Assembly (NCBI GenBank): GCA_963771175.1
Contig: CAVYSY010000032.1
Coordinates: 480,001-544,000 of the forward strand
Direction of reading: 5' to 3'
Source of the DNA: an uncultured delta proteobacterium
Lineage (GTDB): Bacteria; Myxococcota; Myxococcia; Myxococcales; Myxococcaceae
DNA: 64,000 nucleotides
The first letter of the stretch is position 1. Each line of letters opens with the position of its first letter. The notes below the pieces were generated by a model. The model searched no databases and was not told where the DNA came from. It saw only the letters and a list, made by a program, of their open reading frames with translations. A program made the position numbers and the translations under genes. Of this stretch, positions 52,379 to 63,048 are shown in pieces.

Positions 52379-52812
52379 ATGAAGCGCTCTTCCGTGGTGC
52401 TCGTCCTCCTGTCCCTGCTGTGCCTGCCGGCGTGCATGTCCTTCGTTGGCGGGCCGTGGGGCATCCCGCCATCCCAATTCCAGTTCCGGCCCATCGTTCC
52501 ACGGAGGGTACCTGGGCCCGGTGGGTGGAAGTCCGCCCGGGTCACCGTCCAATTGGTACACGTGACGGACCAGGGGGTTCGCAGGAACGTCTGGTGCACC
52601 ATCGACGTGGAGGTGCCGGAGGTCAATTTCCGCGGAGTCGTGACTGACGAATTCGCCCAATGGGAAGCCGCGAAGGCGTCGGATATCGCCTCCGAGCGAA
52701 CACTGAGACGAGAGGGGCTGTTCTCGGCGGAGCTGTGCGAACATTTCAGGAAAGAATTGGAGAAAGAGCTGGGAAGAACCGTTGATGGTGCTCGCGTCAT
52801 CAGGCCCAATGA
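52379..52812 (+). CDS. Lipoprotein, candidate toxin/effector; 3' end uncertain
   Basis: MKRSSVVLVLLSLLCLPAC lipobox; lower GC than the flanking genes; stop obscured by probable indels. Confidence 0.55.
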
Positions 52813-52825
52813 CCTGGACTCGCAC

Positions 52826-53431
52826 ATGGAATTGAAGGCGCCTCCGGTGACCTGTCCCCCCCTCGGTTGCTGGAACTGGTCCACCAGTACTACCCGGCCA
52901 ATCTCCGGGATGCCGACGAGGGCTACGCCGAGTCGGCGCAGTACCAACGCCTTCTGCGGACACGTCAGGAAGCCCTGAACAACTCCGGACCCTGGAAACA
53001 TCTGCTCTCCAGGTTGACAGAGGCGCTGCCCGGTTGCCGTGTGGAGGACTGGAGCGTCCTCTTCTCCGATGACAACTGCTGGCGTGCCCGGGTGTACCTC
53101 CCCGAGGTTCATCCAACTCGAGGGCGGAGGTGCAGGAGGTCCGGGCCGTCGTGGTGCTCGTCAGCATCCTGGCGCCGGTATACGTGCGCTATAGCTCCTT
53201 CCGAAAGGTCTTCGGACGGCAGGTGGAAAAAGACGAAGCTCTTCTACGAGGACGTGCCGGAGACGAAGCCCTACGCGGACACCATGGAGGCGCTGGTGCG
53301 CTCGGAACTGGGCGTTCAGCCCCTGCCTCTCGATACGCTCTTCACCCCGGTTCCCGACATCCAGTGCCGCAACACATCCCTTGGTAAGGCCCAGCTCATC
53401 GACTGCCTCTTCACCGTACGACCGCTGGTAG
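52826..53431 (+). CDS. Hypothetical protein, candidate immunity protein; several indels
   Basis: LLELVHQYYPANL...EVRAVVVLVSILAPVY...LFTPVPDIQC...LIDCLFT-DRW* across frames. Confidence 0.5.
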
Positions 53432-53499
53432 AGGCGCGTCCCACCTCGTTCAGGGCGCCCACTTCGCTCCGGGGCACCGGCTCGGCGATACTGCGCCCC

Positions 53500-54867
53500 A
53501 TGCGCGCCCTGCTCCTCGCCGCCCTGCTCTCCGCCAACCCACCCCCTCCCCCCGCGCAGGCCCAGAAACTCGCCGCCCAGCGCGCGTGGGAGGACCTCTA
53601 CCTCGCCTACTCCTCCGCGGATCCCAAGGGCTACGAGGCCCCTCAGCGCCGCACCATCGCCGCCTCCCTGCTCAAGGGCTGTGAGGCCCTCGCCGGCTCC
53701 GACGCGGTGATGGCGTACTCGCTCGGCGAGCGCGCCGTGGCCTTCGAGGAGACGGCCGGAGGCCTGCGCTGCCTCGCCCGCACCGCGCTCGCCAGCGACC
53801 AGCGGGGCTCCGCCGAGGAGGCCCTTCGCCAGGGCCTGGAGCACTTCCCCAAGGAGGGCCACTTCGGGCTGGAGCTGGGCCGGCTCCTCCTGGAGGACAA
53901 GGATCCGCGGGGCGCCCTCGAGGTGCTCGGCAAGGTGCCGCCGCGCTCGCCCCAGGCCGCCAAGGCCCGGGCGCTGATGCAGAAGGCCCGCAGCCAGTCC
54001 TCCGAGGAGACCCAGGCCCGCGCCCAGGCCCGCGCCATCGAGCAGCGCTTCACCGGCGAGACCGAGGACAAGGGCAAGGGCTCCGTCCAGTCCGCCTCCG
54101 CCTCCTCCGGCCTCTCCTATGAGTCCGGCGTGAGCGCCGACGGCATGCGTACCCGCGCCAACGGCCGCTTCGTCGTGAAGTACTTCAACAACGAGCGCGA
54201 CTTCGGCCAGCGCGCCGACTACGAGGGCCGCATCGTCTCCGCGCTCGACGAGGCCTACGTCCATACGCGCCAGGTGCTCGGCGAGGCGCGCGAGGCGCCC
54301 GTGGACGTCATCCTCTATACCCGTGAGGAGTTCAGCACCCACCAGGGCTCCGCCCTCTCGCGCATGGTGGCCGGGCTCTACTCGGACGGCGCCATCCGCA
54401 TCAACGACGCCGCCGAGCTCACCCAGCAGACCAAGGCCACCCTCGTCCACGAGTACGTCCACGCCGTGGTGGATGACCTCGTGAACCTCGCCGGGGGCGG
54501 CCAGCAGGTCCCCATCTGGCTCAACGAGGGCCTCGCCGAGTACGTGGAGTGGCGCTACCTGGGCAGCGACAAGCCGCCCCAGGCGCTGGCCGCCCGCATG
54601 CGCGCCGCCGCCCAGGCCGGCCTCCTCCCGAGCCTCTCCTCGATGGCCGGGCAGGCCCTCATCCAGCAGGGCGACCCCGGCATGGCCTACGGCACCTCGG
54701 CCATCGCCGTCCGGGAGCTACTGCGCGATGGAGGGCCCGAGCGGCTGCTCGGTCTCATCCGCGAGGTGGGCCAGGGCACTCCCTTCGAGGAGGCCCTCCA
54801 GCAGCGCTACGGCCGCAGCCTCTCCCAACTGGAAGAAACCGTCACGTCCGCCCTCTCGCGGAGGTAA
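53500..54867 (+). CDS. TPR-containing peptidase MA-like (gluzincin) metalloprotease
   Basis: TPR-like helices; TLVHEYVH and PIWLNEGLAEY zinc motifs; start MRALLLAALLSA. Confidence 0.85.
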   Translation: MRALLLAALLSANPPPPPAQAQKLAAQRAWEDLYLAYSSADPKGYEAPQRRTIAASLLKGCEALAGSDAVMAYSLGERAVAFEETAGGLRCLARTALASDQRGSAEEALRQGLEHFPKEGHFGLELGRLLLEDKDPRGALEVLGKVPPRSPQAAKARALMQKARSQSSEETQARAQARAIEQRFTGETEDKGKGSVQSASASSGLSYESGVSADGMRTRANGRFVVKYFNNERDFGQRADYEGRIVSALDEAYVHTRQVLGEAREAPVDVILYTREEFSTHQGSALSRMVAGLYSDGAIRINDAAELTQQTKATLVHEYVHAVVDDLVNLAGGGQQVPIWLNEGLAEYVEWRYLGSDKPPQALAARMRAAAQAGLLPSLSSMAGQALIQQGDPGMAYGTSAIAVRELLRDGGPERLLGLIREVGQGTPFEEALQQRYGRSLSQLEETVTSALSRR

Positions 54868-54994
54868 CGAGCAAGCGGATTCCCCGTCCGCGAAGTTTAC
54901 CCCTCCTCCCGAGTCTCTTAGACTCGCGCGGAAATTTTATTCGTATAGGCGCTGCGACTGGAGCCCCGGACTCGGGTCAGCAGCGAGGTGACGG

Positions 54995-57900
54995 ATGTCG
55001 GACACGCGTGCGGCGATGAGGGAGTTTCGCTTCCTGGATGAGAAGCGGACGCGGGGAATCCTTTCCCCCGCGGAGGAAGCTCGTTGGAGCGAGCTACAGG
55101 GGCTCCTGGCTACCCAGGGTGTGCCCACGCAGGAGTCCGCCGAGGCCATGGACCCCGCGCAGCAGCCCCAGGGCTACTACGGCGCCGATGGTCAGTGGTA
55201 CGCCTACCCCGCCGACTACTCCCAGTCCGGCTACGCCGCGCAGGGCTACGATCCCCACCAGGGCTACGCGCAGCAGCCCCAGGGCTACTACGGCGCCGAT
55301 GGCCAGTGGTACGCCTACCCCGCCCAGGGCGAGGGCGGCTACGACCCCAACCAGGGCTACGCGCAGCAGCCCCAGGGCTACTACGGTGCCGATGGCCAGT
55401 GGTACGCCTACCCCGCCCGGCGAGGGCGGCTACGACCCCAACCAGGCCTACGATCCCAACCAGGCCTACGCGCAGCAGCCCCAGGGCTACTACGGCGCCG
55501 ATGGCCAGTGGTACGCCTACCCCGCCCAGGGCGGCTACGACCCCAACCAGGCCTACGATCCCAACCAGGCCTACGCGGCCACGCAGGGTCAGCCCTACGC
55601 CGATCCGCAGCAGGCCTACGCGGCCGGCTACGCCGAGCAGCAGCCCTACCCGCAGACGACCACGGACGTGCCGCAGCCGGCACAGGAGCCGACCCCGCTC
55701 AGCCTCGAGAACGAGAACCTCGACATCCCCGCGCTGAACGGACCCGCGCCCTGGGCAGAGCCCACGCCGGAGCCCGCCGCGCCCGTCGACGAGGCCCAGC
55801 CCGAGTTCGAAGCCCAGCCCGAGTTCGAAGCCCAGCCCGAGTTCGAAGCCCAGCCCGAGTTCGAGGCCCAGCCCGAGTTCGAAGCCCAGCCCGAGTTCGA
55901 GGCCCAGTCCGAGCTCGAGGCCGAGCCCCTCGACACGGCCGAGCCCGTCGCCGAGGACGTCTTCGAGGTCTCCGACACCGACGTCACACCCGTCAGCGAG
56001 GCCACGCCGATCCCCGAGCGGCTCGAGGAGCCCGAGTCCGTCGACATGACCGGCTGGGAGGACCCCACTCCCGCGCAGGCCGAGTCCCCGGCGGATCTGC
56101 CGATGTTCGAGGCCTCGCCCGAGCCAGAGCCCTCGTCGCCCATCGAACTGGGCGAGGACGACTTCTCCGCACTCAACTCCGACCTGGGGGCTCCCGCTCC
56201 CGCGTCCGCACCGCCCGTGGTCGAGGAGGAGCCCACGACTCCGGTCCGGACCATCGAGGTGCAACCCACCGACATCGAGCTGCTCGAGGGCGCCGTCGAA
56301 GAGCAGCTCACGCCCGAGCCGGTGCTCGCCGAGGAGCCCACCGCTCCCGTCGCCAACGAGTGGGACTCCGCGCCGCTCGCGGTGGACATGGAGTCGAGCA
56401 CCGCCGCGACCCCACCGCCGCATGCCGACGCCGAGACCTCGGAAGTCGCCCTGCTCGATCAGAGCCGGATGGAGATCACCGCGTCGTACGCGCTCCCCGC
56501 GTATCCGACGGGTGACGTCGCCCTGCTCGAAATGGATGTCACGGCGCCTTCCGCCCGGCCCCTGCCTCCCCTGGAGGAGACCGAAGCGGTCGACGAGACA
56601 CCCACGTTCGACGTCTCCGAGCTCGAGGCCACGCCCGAGCTGGAGCCAGCCCCCACGCTGGACATGCCGTGGCAGACCGACGCCGACACGGCGGCGCTCG
56701 ATGCGAGCCCCGCCCTGGAGTCCGCACCGCACGCCGAGCCCAGCCGCGGAGGAGCCCACCTTCGACGTGGCCGACCTCGGTGCCGAGATGGAGCCGACGC
56801 CCGCCCCGGCTTTCGCGGCCCAGGAACACCCGACCACGCTGGAACTGCACCCGGTGCAGGTCGCGCCCGATCTCCAGGCGGACACGATCGAGCTCGCCGA
56901 CACGTACGAGCCCGGGGCCGTGCAGCCCGAGCACAACACCCTGACCTGGGGCAGCAACGAGGTCGTGCCCTCGGGCGAGCAGCCGTTCGACCTGACCGGG
57001 GACTCGGGCGAGCCCGTGCCGCTCGTCAACGCGAACGAGTTCCTGGGCCACGCCGATGAGGCCGGGACGTCCGTGTCCTCCGAGCCCGTCCCGCTCGAGA
57101 CGGCGGATGCCGACGCGAGCTGGAGCGGAAACGAGGGCTCTGGAGAGAGCCTCCAACTCGAGAGCGCCGCGGAGTACATGAGCACTCCGGAGTTCACCTC
57201 CGCCAGCGCCACCTGGGGACACCAGCCGGGGAGCGAAGAGCTCACGGCGGAGACGAACGCCACGCCCGAGAGCACCACGGCGTACGGCGACAGCCAGAGC
57301 GCGGATGCCGAGCTGCCCTCCATCGAGGCCCAGCCCGAGTGGAGCGCGTCGGCCGAGGAGCCGGCGCCCATCGAGGTCCAGGCGGAGTGGACCTCCACCG
57401 AGCCCGCTACCGTAGAGCCATCCGCCGAGGGCCAGACCGACTGGTCCGCACCGGTCGATGAGCAGCCCGTCCTCGAGGCTCAGCCCGAGTGGAGCGCATC
57501 GACCGAGGAGGCGGCGCCCATCGAGGTCCAGGGCGAGTGGTCCACACCGGCCGAGGAGCAGCCTGTTGCCGAGGCTCAGCCCGAGTGGGCCACTCCCGCC
57601 GAGGGCCAGACCGATTGGTCCGCACCGGTCGAGGAGCAGCCCGTCCTCGAGGCTCAGCCCGAGTGGAGCGCATCGACCGAGGAGGCAGCGCCCATCGAGG
57701 TCCAGGGCGAGTGGTCCACACCGGCCGAGGAGCAGCCCGTTGCCGAGGCCCAGCCCGAGTGGGCCACTCCCGCCGAGGAGCAGCCTGTCCTCGAGGCACA
57801 GGCCGAGTGGTCCACACCGGCCGAGGAGCAGCCCGTCCTCGAGGCTCAGGCCGAGTGGGCCACTCCCGCCGAGGAGCAGCCTGTTGCCGAGGCTCAGACC

Positions 57901-60246
57901 GAGTGGGCCACTCCCACCGAGGGACAGACCGACTGGTCCGCACCGGTCGAGGAGCAGCCCGTCCTCGAGGCTCAGCCCGAGTGGGCCACTCCCGTCGAGG
58001 AGCAGCCCGTTGCCGAGGCCCAGCCGGAGTGGGCCACTCCCGCCGAGGAGCAGCCTGTTGCCGAGGCTCAGCCCGAGTGGGCCACTCCCGCCGAGGGCCA
58101 GACCGACTGGTCCGCACCGGTCGAGGAGCAGCCCGTCCTCGAGGCTCAGCCCGAGTGGGCTTCTCCCGCCGAGGAGCAGCCTGCTGTTGAGGCCCAGTCC
58201 GAGTGGGCCACTCCCGCCGAGGGCCAGACCGACTGGTCCGCTCCCGCCGAGGAGCAGCCTGTCCTCGAGGCGCAGACTGAGTGGGCCACTCCCGCCGAGG
58301 AGCAGCCTGCTGTTGAGGCGCAGCCAGAGTGGGCCACTCCCGCTGAGGTCCAGGGCGAGTGGTCCACACCGGCCGAGGAGCAGCCCGTCCTCGAGGCTCA
58401 GGCCGAGTGGACCACTCCCGCCGAGGAGCAGCCTGTTGCCGAGGCTCAGGCCGAGTGGACCACTCCCGCCGAGGGACAGACCGACTGGTCCGCACCGGTC
58501 GAGGAGCAGCCCATCCTCGAGGCTCAGCCCGAGTGGAGCGCATCGACCGAGGAGGCAGCGCCCATCGAGGTCCAGGGCGAGTGGTCCACACCGGCCGAGG
58601 AGCAGCCTGTTGCCGAGGTCCAGCCCGAGTGGGCCACTCCCGCCGAGGAGCAGCCTGTCCTCGAGGCACAGCCCGAGTGGACCACTCCCGCCGAGGAGCA
58701 GCCCGTTGCCGCGGCCCAGCCCGAGTGGGCCACTCCCGCCGAGGAGCAGCCTGTCCTCGAGGCTCAGCCCGAGTGGGCCACTCCCGCCGAGGAGCAGCCC
58801 GTCCTCGAGGCTCAGCCCGAGTGGGCCTCTCCCGCCGAGGAGCAGCCTGCTGTTGAGGCCCAGTCCGAGTGGGCCACTCCCGCCGAGGGACAGACCGACT
58901 GGTCCGCTCCCGCCGAGCAGCCCGTTGCCGAGGCCCAGCCCGAGTGGGCCGCTCCCGTCGAGGAGCAGCCCGTTGCCGAGGCCCAGCCCGAGTGGGCCTC
59001 TCCCGCCGAGGGGCAGACCGACTGGTCCGCTCCCGCCGAGCAGCAGCCCTGGATGGCCGCCGCCGAGCCGTCGGCCCCCGTCGAGCTCCAGCCCGAGTGG
59101 GCGTCCGAGAGCTCCACGCAGGACTGGAACGCCGCTCCGGCAGCTGAGCCCCAGACGGACTGGAACGCTCCCGCCGAGGCCCAGCCCGAGTGGAACGCGC
59201 CCGTCGAGGAGGTGCAGCCCGAGTGGGCCAGCGCGCCCGCGGAGACGAATTGGAACGCGCCCACCGAGAGCCAGGGTGAGTGGAACGCGACGGCCCAAGA
59301 CGCCGAGCCGCCCCTGAGCCCCGATACGAACGCGTCCCTGTTCGGCACGAGTCCGACCTGGTCGGCCGAGGAGTCGGAGGCCGGTGCGCAGGAGCAGTGG
59401 TCCGGCCAGCAGCAGGCGCCGGCGTGGGGTCAGGGCGACGGCGCGTACGGCACGCCCGTCGAGGAGCTCTCGGGCTCCGAGCAGACTCCCGAGGCCGACC
59501 TCCCGGTCATGGAGGCCGAGCCCGAGATGCCCGAGATCGACCTGGGCGAGCCCGAGGCCGACCTCCCGGTCATGGAGGCCGAGCCCGAGATGCCCGAGAT
59601 CGATCTCTCGGAGGACATCGTGGAGTCGCCCCCCGTGGCGGCTCCGGTGGCCCCCGCGCCGGTGGCCAGGACCGCGGCCCCCGCGATGCCTCCGCGGGCT
59701 CCCTCGGTCCCGGCGATGCCCCCGCCCCCGCCCATGGCGCCTCCGGCTCCCGTGGCGGCTCCGAGGGCGGCACTCGTGCCTGGGGCGCCTCCGCCTCGGT
59801 CCACGCTCCAAGCCATCCCGACGGTGCAGGCCTCGGCACAGTCGGCGTCCGCCGTGCCCATGGCCCCCATCAACGCCTTCATCGAGGGCGAGCACCGGGT
59901 CATCATCCACACGGTGGAGGGCCAGGTGAAGCGCGGTGCCATCCGCGACGTGGACCTGCTCGACGAGGCCATCCCGCTCGAGCAGCAGACCGGCTTCGCC
60001 CCCGAGCACATCCCGGTCACGCGCGTGAAGGCCATCTTCTTCATGCTCGCCACCGGCAGCCGTCCGCCGCAGCCGGAGGGGCAGAAGATCCGCGTCACCT
60101 TCAATGACGGTCGCCAGGTGGCCGGCTTCTCCCACGACTACAAGAACACCGGGCAGGGCTTCTTCGTCATCCCCGCGGACACGCGCACCAACACCTCGCG
60201 CATCTTCATCTACCGCGCGAGCGTGCAGGCCGTCGCCGAGGGCTGA
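54995..60246 (+). CDS. ~1750-aa low-complexity repeat protein with C-terminal globular (DUF6982-like) domain; indels near 55415 and 56745
   Basis: Continuous coding sequence across ORFs 54995.., 55038.. and 56422..; N-terminal helical hairpin, Q/G/Y repeats, acidic W repeats, ~115-aa globular C-terminus. Confidence 0.8.
55155..55580 (+). repeat. Four copies of a QQPQGYYGADGQWYAYP-coding repeat with YDPNQ spacers
   Basis: cagcagccccagggctactacggcgccgatggccagtggtacgcctaccccgcc occurs four times with few changes. Confidence 0.9.
55791..55920 (+). repeat. 18-bp tandem repeat (EAQPEF), about 7 copies
   Basis: gaagcccagcccgagttc in tandem. Confidence 0.9.
57320..59290 (+). repeat. About 45 Trp-anchored acidic repeats (EEQPVLEAQPEWATPA and EGQTDWSAP variants)
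   Basis: 48-bp and 30-bp units recur in higher-order blocks. Confidence 0.9.
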
Positions 60247-60267
60247 GCCACCCCGCCCAAGCCCGTG

Positions 60268-60306
60268 AATGAACGAGGGGCCTCGTCACCGAGGCCCCTC
60301 GTTTTG
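60268..60306 (+). terminator. Rho-independent terminator (possibly bidirectional)
   Basis: aacgaggggcctcg-tcac-cgaggcccctcgtt followed by T residues, downstream of the stop at 60246. Confidence 0.75.
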
Positions 60307-60439
60307 CTTGTTGAGCCACACGTGCAGGTCGCGGAGGTCCGGCTGCGTCGGATCGTTCACAACTGCCGGCGAACGCTCGGGTCCGCACGTGGAAGTCCCT
60401 CGAGGAGAACGGCAGCCTGTCCGAACGGGTGCTGCCGCA

Positions 60440-61012
60440 ATGGTGATCTCCTCTACGTCTGCGTATCTCATCTTCCTCGGACTGATCCTCGTCGAGCGGC
60501 TCTTCGAGCTGGTCGTCTCCAAGCGCAACGCCCGCCGGGCGCTGGAGCAGGGAGGCCGGGAGGTCGGTCAGGGGCACTACAAGGTGATGACGCTCTTCCA
60601 CACGGCCTTCCTCCTGGCCTGTGTGGGCGAGGTCCTCTACTTCCAGCGCGCCTTCCCGGGCCTGCTGGGGTGGCTCAGCCTGGCCGGAGCCGTGGCCGCC
60701 CAGTTGCTGCGCTACTGGGCCATCTCCACGCTCGGCGAGCGCTGGAACACGCGCATCATCTTCGTCCCCGGGGCCACGCCGGTGACGCAGGGTCCCTACC
60801 GCTTCGTGCGCCATCCCAACTACGTCGCGGTCATCATGGAGATGGTGTTCATCCCGCTCATCCATGGTGGGTACCTGACGGCCCTCCTCTTCACCCTGGG
60901 CAACGCGGCGCTGCTCTTCGTCCGCATCCGCGCCGAGGAGGCCGCGCTCGGTGCCGAGTACCAGCGGGCTTTCGGCGAGCGGCCCCGCTTCATCCCTGGA
61001 GGCCCCCAATGA
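60440..61012 (+). CDS. Isoprenylcysteine carboxyl methyltransferase family protein (BpsB/SrsB-like O-methyltransferase)
   Basis: ERLFELVVSKRN, GHYKVMTLFH, LRYWAISTLGERWNTRI, GPYRFVRHPNY, RIRAEEAAL. Confidence 0.88.
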   Translation: MVISSTSAYLIFLGLILVERLFELVVSKRNARRALEQGGREVGQGHYKVMTLFHTAFLLACVGEVLYFQRAFPGLLGWLSLAGAVAAQLLRYWAISTLGERWNTRIIFVPGATPVTQGPYRFVRHPNYVAVIMEMVFIPLIHGGYLTALLFTLGNAALLFVRIRAEEAALGAEYQRAFGERPRFIPGGPQ

Positions 61013-62118
61013 CGGACGTGGCAGTGGTGGGAGGAGGGCCCGCGGGGCTGGCGGTGGCCATCCACGCCGCGCGCCGTGGGCTCTCCACGGTCCTCTTCGA
61101 GCGACAGTCCCTGCCGATGGACAAGGCCTGTGGTGAGGGCCTGATGCCAGCGGGGTTGCGCGAGCTCGAGGCCCTCGGAGCCCGTGAGTACCTCTCCCCG
61201 GAGGACTGCGCTCCCATCGTGGGCATCCGCTACCTCCAGGAGGACGGCACGGCGGTCGAGGGTCGCCTGCCGCCCCCGGGAGGCCTCGGCATCCGCCGGC
61301 TCGCGCTGTCGCACGCGCTGGAGAAGGTGGCTCGGAAGAACGAGGTGGAGCTCCGGGAGCGCAGTCAGGTGACCCAGGTGGAGCGCACCCCCGAGCGCGT
61401 CCTCTTGACGACCGCCGCCGGCGAGCAGTTGGAGGCCCACCTCCTGGTGGCCGCGGATGGGCTGGCCTCGCCGTTGCGACGCGCCCAGGGGCTGGAGCAG
61501 GGGCCCGAGCATCCTCCCTCGGGCTCACGGCGCTACGGCCTGCGCCAGCACTTCCGCATCCGCCCCTGGACGGAGTTCGTCGAGGTCCACTTCGCCCGGG
61601 GCGTGGAGGCCTACATCACCCCTGCGGGCTCGGAGCGCGTCGGCGTGGCCTTCCTGTGGGATGACGGAGGGATGGAGGGCCGCGTCTCCTTCCAGAACCT
61701 CCTGGCGCGCTTCCCGGTGCTGCGGTCCCGGCTCGAGGGGGCTCCCGAGGACTCCAAGCCGCGTGGCTCGGGGCCACTGCTGCGCTCCGTCCGCTCCCGG
61801 GTGCTGGATCGCTTCGTGCTGGTGGGAGACGCCGCGGGGTACGTGGATGCCATCACCGGCGAGGGGCTGACGCTGGCCTTCCGCTCCGCGGCCGCGTTGG
61901 GGACGCTGCTGCCGGACGTGCTCGCCCGCGGGGCGACGCGCGAGTCCCTCGTCGCCTACGAGCGCGCCATCCAGCCCTTCTACCGCCGCTATGTGTTCTT
62001 CACCCAGACGCTGCTCGCCGTGGCGCGCCGCCCCTGGCTGCGGACCCGGCTCATCCGACAGCTGGCCCATGCCCCGGCCCTGTTCGAGAAGACGGTGAAC
62101 CTGGTCATCGAACCGTGA
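61009..62118 (+). CDS. FAD-dependent oxidoreductase/monooxygenase (SrsC-like)
   Basis: DVAVVGGGPAG, DKACGEGLMP, VAADG, LVGDAAGYVDAITGEG; ATGA overlap with the methyltransferase. Confidence 0.88.
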   Translation: MTDVAVVGGGPAGLAVAIHAARRGLSTVLFERQSLPMDKACGEGLMPAGLRELEALGAREYLSPEDCAPIVGIRYLQEDGTAVEGRLPPPGGLGIRRLALSHALEKVARKNEVELRERSQVTQVERTPERVLLTTAAGEQLEAHLLVAADGLASPLRRAQGLEQGPEHPPSGSRRYGLRQHFRIRPWTEFVEVHFARGVEAYITPAGSERVGVAFLWDDGGMEGRVSFQNLLARFPVLRSRLEGAPEDSKPRGSGPLLRSVRSRVLDRFVLVGDAAGYVDAITGEGLTLAFRSAAALGTLLPDVLARGATRESLVAYERAIQPFYRRYVFFTQTLLAVARRPWLRTRLIRQLAHAPALFEKTVNLVIEP

Positions 62119-62130
62119 GGGACCGCCCCA

Positions 62131-62163
62131 AATGAAAGAGGGGCCCCGGTACCGAGGCCCCTC
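62131..62163. terminator. Hairpin terminator between convergent genes
   Basis: gaggggcc-ccggtaccga-ggcccctc with a T-rich tail on the minus strand. Confidence 0.6.
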
Positions 62164-62192
62164 CGGACTACCGCCCTGTCCTGCTCAGGCGA

Positions 62193-62844
62193 TTACTTGC
62201 TGTCCTTCGCCGCCTTGGCCGGGGCCGCCTTGGCCGGAGCCGCCGCCGCCGGGGCCTGCTTCTTGTTCAGCTCCAGGTCGAGGGTGATGGAGACCTCCTC
62301 GCCCACCACCACGCCGCCGGCCTCCAGGGCCTTGTTCCAGCCCAGGCCGAAGTCCTTGCGGTTGATCTTCGTGGTGGCCACGCCGCCGCGCTTGGTGTTG
62401 CCCCAGGGGTCCTTCGCCTCGGCGGTGGAGCCATCCACGTCCAGCACCACCGGCTTGGTCACGCCGTGCATGGTGAGGTCGCCCGTCACCTTGAGGTTGG
62501 AGCCGGCCTTCTCCACCTTCGTCGACTTGAAGGTGATGGTGGGGTACTTCGCGGTGTCGAAGAAGTCCGGGCTGCGCAGGTGCTCGTCGCGCTTGGGCTC
62601 GTTGGTGTTGATGGAGGTGGCGTCGATGGTGGCCTCGACGGTGGACTTGGTCATGTCCTTCTCGTCGATGGTGGCCGAGCCAGTCAGCTTGCCGAAGTGC
62701 GCCGCGCACGTTCGACACCATCATGTGCTTCACGGTGAACTGCGCGCCCGAGTGGGCCGAGTCGATGACGTAATCGGCGGCGAACGCGAAGGAGGGGGCG
62801 GCGAGCACGAGGGCGGCGACGGCGGGCTTCAGGGACAGCTTCAT
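62193..62844 (-). CDS. yceI: YceI-family polyisoprenoid-binding periplasmic protein; indel near 62700
   Basis: Signal peptide; IDSAHSGAQFTVKHMMVSNVRG, RDEHLRSPDFFD, GDLTMHGVTKPV, INRKDFGLGW. Confidence 0.92.
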
Positions 62845-62925
62845 GGTGTTTCTCTCCAATGGGTGACTGCGTACCGCGGGTTTCATCCACGCAGCGCGAA
62901 GCCGCGTATCTTGGGGATGCTTCAT

Positions 62926-62941
62926 AGCAACCCCCGGGCCA
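62926..62941 (-). promoter_or_regulatory. Sigma54 (-24/-12) promoter for yceI
   Basis: Minus strand reads TGGCCC-GGGGG-TTGCT (GG-N10-GC), ~80 bp upstream of yceI and divergent from a sigma54 activator gene. Confidence 0.75.
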
Positions 62942-63048
62942 CCCGGCCACCCATTCCAACACCCTGGAATCACTAGAATTTTCCACTTTCGCTCGCACGG
63001 AAACTCTCAAAACGATAGAGAATACGCTCATCTTGAGAGGGAGGAGCC

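Noticed and set aside
52867..54867. 666-aa ORF as a fusion of an immunity-like protein and a peptidase
   Set aside because: Probably an indel near 53417 removes the real stop (DDRW*); the peptidase has its own start at 53500
55155..55580. Repeat-spacer-like pattern as a CRISPR array
   Set aside because: The repeats are coding (QQPQGYYGADGQWYAYP), the intervening segments resemble each other, and there are no cas genes
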